A stretch of DNA of 32,000 nt from Nitrosarchaeum sp. (GTDB taxonomy: Archaea > Thermoproteota > Nitrososphaeria > Nitrososphaerales > Nitrosopumilaceae). Position 1 is the stretch's first letter, and each line of letters starts with the position of its first letter. Both the position numbers and the translations under genes were made by a program. The notes under the pieces were generated by a model, which did no database searches, was not told where the DNA came from, and saw only the letters and a program-made list of their open reading frames with translations. The stretch lies in NCBI GenBank assembly GCA_002737445.1, contig NSIR01000003.1, forward strand, positions 2,719 through 34,718, read 5' to 3'. This document shows, one piece after another, positions 1 through 7,719 of this stretch.

Positions 1-2000
1 AAGCAAGAGGAATTACAATTTATCAAGCAAATGTAACATTACACTTTACACAAAAAGACAAAGAATACGTCATTAACATGATTGATACTCCCGGACACGT
101 TGATTTTAGCGGCAGGGTAATTCGAAGCCTTAGGGCAATTGATGGTGCAGTTGTAGTTTGTGATGCAGTTGAAGGAATTATGACTCAAACCGAAACTGTA
201 ACTCGAATGGCATTAGAGGAAAGAGTTAGACCTGTTTTGTTTATCAATAAAGTGGATAGATTAATCAAGGAACTTCGTCTAACTCCAGAAAAAATGCAAG
301 AAACTCTAGCTGGCGTAGTTTCTAGCTTTAATCAACTAGTTGATACTTATGCAGAGCCACAATACAAAGAAAAATGGAAAGTATCCATTCAGGATGCTAG
401 TGTGACATTTGGTTCAGCCAAAGACAAGTGGGCATTTAATGTAGATATTATGAAAGAAAAAGGAATTACATTTAAAGACGTTATTGACGCATATCAAAAT
501 GAAAAAGTAGATTCACTTGTGGAAAGGGCTCCATTGGCTGATGCAGTACTTGGAATGGTTGTAAAACATATTCCACCACCAAACGTTGCTCAAAAATATA
601 GAATCCCACAAATTTGGAAAGGTGATTTGGAATCTGATATCGGAAAAGCCCTATTGGCATGTAGCGATGACGGTCCAACAATTATGATGGTTGTTAACAT
701 GGTATTAGATCCTGCAGCGGGTCCTATTGCAATTGGTAGATTATTTTCAGGAACCATAAAGGATGGACAAACAGTAAACATTATTGATTCAAAAAGAGAA
801 GGTAGAGTTCAATCTGTAAACTTTTTCATGGGTAACCAAAGGGAACAAGTTGCAGAATTAGGTGCTGGAAATATTCCTGCATTATTGGGATTAACTGAAG
901 CAAGAGCCGGTCATACAATTTCTTCAGTAAAATCAATTCCAATGTTTGAAGGTGTCAAATATGTTTCAGAACCTGTTGTACAAATTGCAATTGAACCAAA
1001 GCATCCTAAAGATTTACCTAAACTAGTTGAGGTTCTTAGACAATTAACAATTGAGGATCCAAACTTGGTAGTCAAAATCGATGAGGAAACAGGTGAAACA
1101 CTTGTTGCTGGAATGGGGGTACTTCATCTTGATGTAGCTACACATCGTATTCAAGATACCAAATTAGAAATTATTACATCTGAACCACTAATCAACTACC
1201 GTGAAACAGTTCGCGGTAAATGTGACCCAATCATGTCAAAATCTCCAAATAGACACAACAAAATTTTCATGAAAGTTGAACCTTTGGAACCTGCAATTGC
1301 ACACATGCTTCGAACAGGGGAAGTAAGTGACATGAAAGACAAAAAGGTTGTAGCTGATTTACTCAAAGGTGCTGGATGGGATACTGACACAGTAAAGAGA
1401 ATTATGAAATTGGATCCACGTGGAAATGTTATGATTAACGGAACAAAAGGAGTTCAATTTATTCAAGAATCAACAGATTCTATCAATTCTGGATTTGAAG
1501 AAGTTATGAAGGAAGGTCCTTTATGTAAAGAACAGATGAGAAATTGTAAATTCATTTTTACTCATTTTGTTCCTCACGAAGATTCAGCTCATAGAGGATT
1601 GTCTCAACTAGGTCCTGCCTCAAGACGTGCATGTATGGGTGCATTATTAACTGCAGGAACTACAATTCTTGAACCAATGCTTGCAATTGAAGTTAGAGTG
1701 CCAACTGATCTAGTTGGAAACGTTGCTACGGTACTTTCTGGAAAACGTGGCAAAGTACTAGACATGACACAAAAAGGTGCATCAAGTATTATTGTTGGTG
1801 AAATTCCTGCATCTGAAACATTTACCCTTTCAGAAGCAATGAGAGGTCAAACTGCTGGACGTGCAACTTGGAATACTTCTTTTAAAGCATGGACTGAACT
1901 TCCAAAATCAATTGCAACTACGGCAATTGCAGAAATTAGAAAGAGAAAAGGTCTTGCACCAGAGCCACCTGGAATAGACGAATATATTGACAGAGATTAA
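1..2000 (+). CDS. fusA: Translation elongation factor 2 (aEF-2), 5' end cut by the window edge
   Basis: The frame is open from base 3 (ARGITIYQANV...), so the listed Met at 78 is internal. G-domain DTPGHVDF and NKVDR motifs are present. Full EF-2/EF-G domain order runs to a C-terminal HRG..Q loop that keeps the diphthamide His. Stop at 1998-2000. Confidence 0.95.
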   Translation, partial: ARGITIYQANVTLHFTQKDKEYVINMIDTPGHVDFSGRVIRSLRAIDGAVVVCDAVEGIMTQTETVTRMALEERVRPVLFINKVDRLIKELRLTPEKMQETLAGVVSSFNQLVDTYAEPQYKEKWKVSIQDASVTFGSAKDKWAFNVDIMKEKGITFKDVIDAYQNEKVDSLVERAPLADAVLGMVVKHIPPPNVAQKYRIPQIWKGDLESDIGKALLACSDDGPTIMMVVNMVLDPAAGPIAIGRLFSGTIKDGQTVNIIDSKREGRVQSVNFFMGNQREQVAELGAGNIPALLGLTEARAGHTISSVKSIPMFEGVKYVSEPVVQIAIEPKHPKDLPKLVEVLRQLTIEDPNLVVKIDEETGETLVAGMGVLHLDVATHRIQDTKLEIITSEPLINYRETVRGKCDPIMSKSPNRHNKIFMKVEPLEPAIAHMLRTGEVSDMKDKKVVADLLKGAGWDTDTVKRIMKLDPRGNVMINGTKGVQFIQESTDSINSGFEEVMKEGPLCKEQMRNCKFIFTHFVPHEDSAHRGLSQLGPASRRACMGALLTAGTTILEPMLAIEVRVPTDLVGNVATVLSGKRGKVLDMTQKGASSIIVGEIPASETFTLSEAMRGQTAGRATWNTSFKAWTELPKSIATTAIAEIRKRKGLAPEPPGIDEYIDRD

Positions 2001-2139
2001 AAAGGGATCTTTACTTTTCTTTACATAAAAAATTCCAATTCTTGTTATATCTATAATGTCTGATTTATTGGAAATTTTCTAAATAATTGCCGATATTGAT
2101 AAATATATGACCTATCTATAATAGGTCGACCTAATACAA

Positions 2140-2721
2140 ATGACCTATACTGAGCCCAATTCTGAACTATATGAGCGTGAAAGAATTGTTTTGGAGTGTA
2201 TACGAAATAATCCAAATGTACATCATAATGCATTGATGAAAAAAATAGTGCCGGAAAATATGGCTAAAGCAACTTTTGAAAAAACAAGAAATTCTCTACT
2301 AGATAAAAAAATAATTGAAATAATGAAAAAAGGAAACATGTTATTTTATATTTTAACCAAAAATTATGCACTACAATTTCAGCAGCATGTTGAGCGAATT
2401 ACAAATAATTCTTTTCATACCATAAAAAATCATATAAAAAAACTTGAGATTGATTACATGCACAAGGATGTAAATGAAAAGATCATTATTGCAAATACGC
2501 TACTCAAAAATATATTGCTTGTAGATAATGGGTTCACACTTTTAGATTCATTCAAAAACCCAAAAAAAATATTGTATCGTGATGAACACCTTGAAATTCA
2601 ACAATTAATTCACAGATCATTTAGTATAATTCAAAATGATAAAGACTTTGAGACAATATTACCTACTATTCTGAGTTATCTTGGCTCAATTATGCCAAAA
2701 AATTATCCGGAATTAGACTAA
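2140..2721 (+). CDS. Hypothetical protein with N-terminal winged-helix DNA-binding-like domain and helical C-terminal domain
   Basis: 193-aa ORF. The N-terminal ~75 aa (ERERIVLECIRNNPNVHHNALMKKI...LLDKKIIEIMKKGNMLFYILT) fits a wHTH pattern. Same size and architecture as ORF 5882-6469. Confidence 0.55.
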   Translation: MTYTEPNSELYERERIVLECIRNNPNVHHNALMKKIVPENMAKATFEKTRNSLLDKKIIEIMKKGNMLFYILTKNYALQFQQHVERITNNSFHTIKNHIKKLEIDYMHKDVNEKIIIANTLLKNILLVDNGFTLLDSFKNPKKILYRDEHLEIQQLIHRSFSIIQNDKDFETILPTILSYLGSIMPKNYPELD

Positions 2722-2772
2722 TCAATATAATTCAGACTTGACGGGTTTTTATTCTGGCAGATTGTAGTATAT

Positions 2773-3006
2773 TTGAAAATGGGATTACTATACACAAAAT
2801 TCTATATTGATTTTGAGGCAGATCAGTGGAAAGAGATATCTAAAAACCCAGTAATTTTTCAAACAATATCTGATAATGTGTCTTTGGAAATTTATGATAC
2901 CTCACAAAAATCTTATAAATTAAATTTTAAAAAGGGTGGAAAAATGCAACTTTTCAGAGTTGTTGGAAAATTTCGTCTTACATGGGACGATGATGATCTT
3001 GTTTAA
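2773..3006 (+). CDS. Hypothetical small protein
   Basis: 77-aa ORF with a TTG start (ATG two codons later). No recognisable motif. Confidence 0.3.
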   Translation: MKMGLLYTKFYIDFEADQWKEISKNPVIFQTISDNVSLEIYDTSQKSYKLNFKKGGKMQLFRVVGKFRLTWDDDDLV

Positions 3007-3032
3007 GAATTTTACAAATTAATACAATAATA

Positions 3033-3287
3033 ATGGGATTTACATTTCATTTAATTATGGTTTTACAAGATGAAATTAAGCAAATTTTGATTGACTTTGA
3101 TAATGCACTGCCTGAGAAAATTCTTGAAATTTTAACTCAAATTCAACCCTATCTTAAAAGTGAAATTACTCAAAAATACCTTGAGGGAAAAATTCATGAT
3201 ATTATGATATTGACTGATATTGTTGAAAAGAAAAAATTATGTAAAAATCTTAAACCTTATCTTGATTGGTATTTACAGGGAATCTAA
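3033..3287 (+). CDS. Hypothetical small protein
   Basis: 84-aa ORF with an ATG start. Sequence looks helical. No recognisable family. Confidence 0.35.
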   Translation: MGFTFHLIMVLQDEIKQILIDFDNALPEKILEILTQIQPYLKSEITQKYLEGKIHDIMILTDIVEKKKLCKNLKPYLDWYLQGI

Positions 3288-3706
3288 TTAAATTGATTTA
3301 TTTTACTCAACGCATTTTTAATTATTTCTGAATCATTTTTAACTAGTTCTAAATCTCCAATTAAATTTAAAAAATATTCTAATTGAGTATCTTGTGCTCT
3401 TTTGATATCTGTTTGATAGCATGAAAGCGCTTTAATCAATAATGGTAAATCCTCACACAAAAAATATAGTGATTTTATATCTATTAATCTATCTTGAATT
3501 TTTTTTATAATTTCATTTATTTTTGGTATTATTTTTCTTGCCTCCTGTATTAGTAATGTTCCAAGCATTGCAGATGAATCTTTTAATTCTGGACTATTTT
3601 CTATAGTTCTTAACCTTTTTTTGTAATAATTTAATGATTTTATTACGATATCATATCCGCCCTCTTCTTTAAGATAAATAACTCCAAGCCAAATTTTATC
3701 TGACAA
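3284..3706 (-). CDS. Hypothetical protein (helical)
   Basis: 140-aa ORF, longest in its region. Its 3' end overlaps the convergent ORF 3033-3287 by 4 nt. Confidence 0.45.
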   Translation of the reverse strand: MSDKIWLGVIYLKEEGGYDIVIKSLNYYKKRLRTIENSPELKDSSAMLGTLLIQEARKIIPKINEIIKKIQDRLIDIKSLYFLCEDLPLLIKALSCYQTDIKRAQDTQLEYFLNLIGDLELVKNDSEIIKNALSKINQFN

Positions 3707-3815
3707 TTTCTAGACTATGTTGATAGCATTATTATAATTTTTTAATAATTCTTCAATCTTTTTCTAGTATGATTTCTACTTGTTACTAATATAGAACAAA
3801 TATGATAATTTTTGC

Positions 3816-4007
3816 ATGAACATTGGTAATGAATTTGGCATGATACATTTACTTGCACGCTGTCATTATTGTGATAATTTATCACTTTATTGTGGAAAAA
3901 TTCCTACATCCATGCGTGATATGGCAAATAAAGAAGTACTATTTTGTAAATTATGTAAATTTATTATTCCTATAGATAAATTCAAAAAGATATTATCTAG
4001 TATATGA
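3816..4007 (+). CDS. Small zinc-ribbon-like protein
   Basis: 63 aa with two CxxC pairs (CHYC ... CKLC). Confidence 0.4.
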   Translation: MNIGNEFGMIHLLARCHYCDNLSLYCGKIPTSMRDMANKEVLFCKLCKFIIPIDKFKKILSSI

Positions 4008-4040
4008 TTTATTTTCAAAGATGTTATTTACTTTATTCAT

Positions 4041-4268
4041 TCAGGTATCAAAATTATTGTTTATTTCTGGTTGAGATCTATTAATTACATATAACAAAAA
4101 ACCTGCAAATATGACGCCAATGCCTAACAAACCTACAAACGTTCCTGTATGCTTTAGCATTCTAAACAAAGTTTCAATCTGTGAACCGCCTTGAATTGTA
4201 TAAAATAAACTAGTTCCGATTACTGTCATAAATATTCCAACAACTATGACTAGAACACTGTTTTTCAT
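4041..4268 (-). CDS. Small membrane protein (two predicted TM helices)
   Basis: 75 aa with two long hydrophobic stretches (VLVIVVGIFMTVIGTSLFY; FVGLLGIGVIFAGFLLYVI). Confidence 0.5.
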   Translation of the reverse strand: MKNSVLVIVVGIFMTVIGTSLFYTIQGGSQIETLFRMLKHTGTFVGLLGIGVIFAGFLLYVINRSQPEINNNFDT

Positions 4269-4403
4269 TATTGAATTATTTGTATCCTAATTAATAAACT
4301 CAATAATTTTAAAATTACACTGTTTTTTAAATTAAAATTTAAATAAATTAAATATTGATTCTTTGAAATATCTCTATAGATTATATTAGTAATTTATATT
4401 AAT

Positions 4404-4784
4404 TTGGTGATGGCTGTAAAAATAAATCTATTAAAAATTGTTGAATCTATTATAAATTTAGATTCTAAAATGAGATTTGCTGCAATTATAGATATCAAAG
4501 GTAACATTAAGGAAGGAATTATGAAGGATGGAAAAACATCATTAAAAACTCAAAAAGAAGAAGAGCATTTTTGCAAACAAGTAGCTCAAAGAAGAAAAAT
4601 GAGACAAGAGTTTGATCGAACTTTGGGAAAAGTTAGATATGTTCACGTTGAAAGAGAAAAAGTTACTCAAATGGTAACATATGCCAAAAAACACATTGTT
4701 TATTTTACAATGGAGCCTGAATTATCTATCACTACAAAAATTCGTCTAGTGACTAGAATTAAAAAAATCACCTCACGTCTTTAA
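4404..4784 (+). CDS. Hypothetical protein, possibly Roadblock/LC7-like
   Basis: 126-aa ORF starting at TTG (ATG at 4410). The N-terminal segment MRFAAIIDIKGNIKEG loosely resembles the Roadblock/MglB strand-turn motif. Weak call. Confidence 0.45.
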   Translation: MVMAVKINLLKIVESIINLDSKMRFAAIIDIKGNIKEGIMKDGKTSLKTQKEEEHFCKQVAQRRKMRQEFDRTLGKVRYVHVEREKVTQMVTYAKKHIVYFTMEPELSITTKIRLVTRIKKITSRL

Positions 4785-4805
4785 TTTGTATTTTAATTAT
4801 CTCAA

Positions 4806-5165
4806 ATGACTTTAAAAAAATTTATTTCCGATTCAAAAATGTTTGAATATGGTAGACATTACACCGATTGCCAACAAAATAATCAACCATTTATCAAAGG
4901 ACGCATAAATCCAAGCACCAGTAATTATTATGTTCAAATTGACTTGATGACTTGTAACTATAATCTTAGTTTAGATGGACAAAATCACATTAAAGAATTA
5001 TTTGAAAATGAAGTCGCTTTACTTCAATCTGATCCAAATCAAAAATTGTCCTTTAAAGGATACAATGTAGATAAAGAATTATCTTGGTTTGATGGTGTTT
5101 TGCCTACCAGACTGTCTACTTTTTGTGAGAAATTATATGAATTATCTGAAAAATATCCCGATTAA
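4806..5165 (+). CDS. Hypothetical protein
   Basis: 119-aa ORF, 21 nt downstream of and co-oriented with 4404-4784. Confidence 0.45.
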   Translation: MTLKKFISDSKMFEYGRHYTDCQQNNQPFIKGRINPSTSNYYVQIDLMTCNYNLSLDGQNHIKELFENEVALLQSDPNQKLSFKGYNVDKELSWFDGVLPTRLSTFCEKLYELSEKYPD

Positions 5166-5254
5166 TTTATTTCTAAAATTTTTTCTAAATATCTAAAAAT
5201 TAAATTTATGCGTTTCCTTGATTTTTCTTTCATAATTTACTATTTTTTTTAATT

Positions 5255-5464
5255 TTATTCTTGCATGTCTGGAAACATGTCTCTGATTCTTTTTTTATCT
5301 AAATTAATGGCTTCTATTCTACTTTGAAGATGTTTAATTACTACTACCTCTGTTTCTGTTTTCATTTCATTTTGGATATTTTCTATTACATTTGTTAGCG
5401 ATTTATAATATTTTATATGATTTATCTTTGATTCTTCTGTACTGTCTTCTATTTTTTTACTCAA
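5255..5464 (-). CDS. Hypothetical small protein
   Basis: 69-aa charged helical ORF. No family recognised. Confidence 0.35.
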   Translation of the reverse strand: MSKKIEDSTEESKINHIKYYKSLTNVIENIQNEMKTETEVVVIKHLQSRIEAINLDKKRIRDMFPDMQE

Positions 5465-5574
5465 TATTGTTTTTGTTATTTTCCTCTAAAAATAAGGGTT
5501 GTTTAATTTAGTTCCTTTTTGCTAACTAATTGGTAACTATTTACACTAATATAGAAATTTAATTTAATTCATAC

Positions 5575-5862
5575 ATGTCAAAACCAATTAAAATCTTAAT
5601 TGATGAAATGGATGATGGCTGGGATGAAAAGCTACGAAAAATGGGATATGATGCATACAGTGTTAAAAAATTACGTACAGAAGGACATAAACTACGAACT
5701 GATTATTCAGTTATAAATTACGCTCGTGAAAATGATATGATTTTGATTACACGCGATAGTGAAAGTGGTCAAGCATGTCAAGAAAATAATTTGCCCTTTA
5801 TACTGCTTGACAATGAAGAAATTTTTAAAATTGTTATTGATAAATTAAATTTAATCAAATAG
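5575..5862 (+). CDS. PIN-like domain protein (DUF5615 / Mut7-C RNase-like)
   Basis: IKILIDEMDDGW..LRKMGYDAYSV...DYSVINYARENDMILITRDSE matches the remembered DUF5615/Mut7-C pattern (acidic LxDE start, LR..GYD, iLiTrD). Confidence 0.55.
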   Translation: MSKPIKILIDEMDDGWDEKLRKMGYDAYSVKKLRTEGHKLRTDYSVINYARENDMILITRDSESGQACQENNLPFILLDNEEIFKIVIDKLNLIK

Positions 5863-5881
5863 ATTGTTGGTCTTTATATAA

Positions 5882-6469
5882 TTAATTTAAATTTTCAGTT
5901 CCAATTTGTGATACTCGTAAATTTACTATCACTTCATTGAGAAATTCTTCTTCTGGTTGATGAACTATGCAATCCATTAGGTTCTCTAACGAATCGCTAA
6001 TTTTTCTACTTATTTGTGAAAACATTTTATCTTTTTTAAATGTCGGATAGTGTGATAATAGTTTCATTACCCCGTCGATTGATTGAACTATATGCATGAA
6101 ATGTATTACCGTTCTTAATCTTTCTTGAAATTCAAGTTTATTTTCACTTATTACTTCTTTGAACTCATTTATTCCCTCAAAAATTAATTCGATCTCATTA
6201 TGGATACTTTTGAGTTGATTGTTTACCGATTCTGATAAATTAATTAATTCGTATTCGATATGGGCTTTACTAAACATTCTCCTTTCAACTTCACCTGATT
6301 CTACAAGCAAACTGATCTCTCTATGTACTAGTTTCTCATTTCCTACTTTTTTTATCACTCTACTTGTAAGCTCAGTACCACGTAATTTTCCACTTTCATT
6401 TAAAACTCGTAAAATCTCGGTTCGAATAATGTTTGTGTCAATGACCATTCTCATTTTACTAGTATTCAT
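5882..6469 (-). CDS. Hypothetical protein with N-terminal winged-helix-like domain and helical C-terminal domain
   Basis: 195 aa. The N-terminus (RTEILRVLNESGKLRGTELTSRVIKKV...LLVESGEVERR) is wHTH-like. Same architecture as 2140-2721. Confidence 0.55.
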   Translation of the reverse strand: MNTSKMRMVIDTNIIRTEILRVLNESGKLRGTELTSRVIKKVGNEKLVHREISLLVESGEVERRMFSKAHIEYELINLSESVNNQLKSIHNEIELIFEGINEFKEVISENKLEFQERLRTVIHFMHIVQSIDGVMKLLSHYPTFKKDKMFSQISRKISDSLENLMDCIVHQPEEEFLNEVIVNLRVSQIGTENLN

Positions 6470-6605
6470 TTACTTAAATGTACGATTATTTTTCTTGTTT
6501 TATCCATGGTACTTTTTACTCAATCTTTAATTTTGACTTGAAAAATTTATTTTAAATCAAAAATTTGTTAACTAGGTTTAATTACAATTTTAACTAGTTA
6601 TAATT

Positions 6606-6860
6606 ATGGATTCATGCGATACTAGAATTCGTGCATACAAAAATGGAATGACTTTTGATCAATGCAAATTAATGGCAGAATCCCTGAATCCAAAATTTAA
6701 AGAGTATATTGAAATCAATGGCAAGATATCCTGGACTGAAATTTTGATTCAAGTGAATCACGATGAATTAATTTACAAATTTACCCTCAAATTCCTTAGA
6801 CGTGACGGTTACGATATTGGAAATAATAAAATTCCCGAAGTAAAAAAATTTATTTCATAG
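6606..6860 (+). CDS. Hypothetical small protein
   Basis: 84-aa ORF with an ATG start. Its 3' end overlaps the convergent membrane-protein gene by 11 nt. Confidence 0.4.
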   Translation: MDSCDTRIRAYKNGMTFDQCKLMAESLNPKFKEYIEINGKISWTEILIQVNHDELIYKFTLKFLRRDGYDIGNNKIPEVKKFIS

Positions 6861-7674
6861 AATTTATGTCACAATTATTATCTAGTTCTTTAATTTTTTT
6901 TGCCATTATAAAAGGCGTATAAAGTAAAATTGGAATAGATATCGCAATAAACATTGTTTGCAGTTGAATCAATGCAATAGATAATACAATTCCACTTGCA
7001 GTTCCTATAAAAATTGAAAAGAAAGTTCCGGCACATGTTGGGCATGCGATGAATAGCCCTGCAGCTGCACCTATTGTTCCAACACCTCGTCTTTTTTTGG
7101 ATATTGTATATGCTGAAACTGCGATAGTCATGTTTATTCCAACTAGATATGATACAGTCATTTGCAATACTAGATTTATTGGAATGATTTGCAGCCCAAT
7201 ATGCTCTGTTAGGTAAATGATAACTTTTGGCATGTATCCTAGATCTCCACAGCACGGTGCAACAAATCCTGATAGTATAGTTGCTCCATAGTGTTCGATA
7301 AAATTTACTTCAGGCTGATATACCAGTGTTCCAGATACGAGTGAAAAAAATATTCCATACACAATAAATGTAATTAAAAAAATTTTTCTTGATCTTACAT
7401 TGTTTATTTGTATTGCAATAATTGATAAAAGATCTTTTCCTTTTTTTTCGACTTTATATTTTTGATATTGATAAATACCAAAAAATATTGCGCCAAATGA
7501 TGTAAATAATAATATATAAAATCCATAAGCTATTCTCTGAATTGAATCCGTTGCATCAGGTGTAAAAAATACTGGATCTTGGTATCTTGTGTATAAAATA
7601 AATATAATTGTAATTGAAATGAAACCTAATACTAGTAATTTTTTTCCACTTTGAAGAGATATTTGATTTTCCAA
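6850..7674 (-). CDS. Polytopic membrane protein with CC and CPTC cysteine motifs
   Basis: 274 aa with at least 6 hydrophobic segments. Cys141-Cys142 (APCCGD) and Cys211/Cys214 (IACPTCAG) lie at or within predicted TM segments. No family recognised. Confidence 0.7.
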   Translation of the reverse strand: MENQISLQSGKKLLVLGFISITIIFILYTRYQDPVFFTPDATDSIQRIAYGFYILLFTSFGAIFFGIYQYQKYKVEKKGKDLLSIIAIQINNVRSRKIFLITFIVYGIFFSLVSGTLVYQPEVNFIEHYGATILSGFVAPCCGDLGYMPKVIIYLTEHIGLQIIPINLVLQMTVSYLVGINMTIAVSAYTISKKRRGVGTIGAAAGLFIACPTCAGTFFSIFIGTASGIVLSIALIQLQTMFIAISIPILLYTPFIMAKKIKELDNNCDINSMK

Positions 7675-7719
7675 TATTTCAAATTAAATCTGATCACATT
7701 AATTCATTGTTTTAATTTT

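Noticed and set aside
1590-1607. aEF-2 diphthamide loop reads HRGLSQ rather than the eukaryotic HRGGGQ
   Set aside because: The modified His is retained. As I recall, archaeal EF-2 loops vary at the two positions after HRG (for example HRGPAQ), so this is probably normal lineage variation.
2001-6900. The small-ORF block read as an integrated provirus or mobile element
   Set aside because: I saw no integrase, transposase, capsid or terminase-like ORF, no flanking tRNA and no terminal direct or inverted repeats. It is reported only as a possible variable island.
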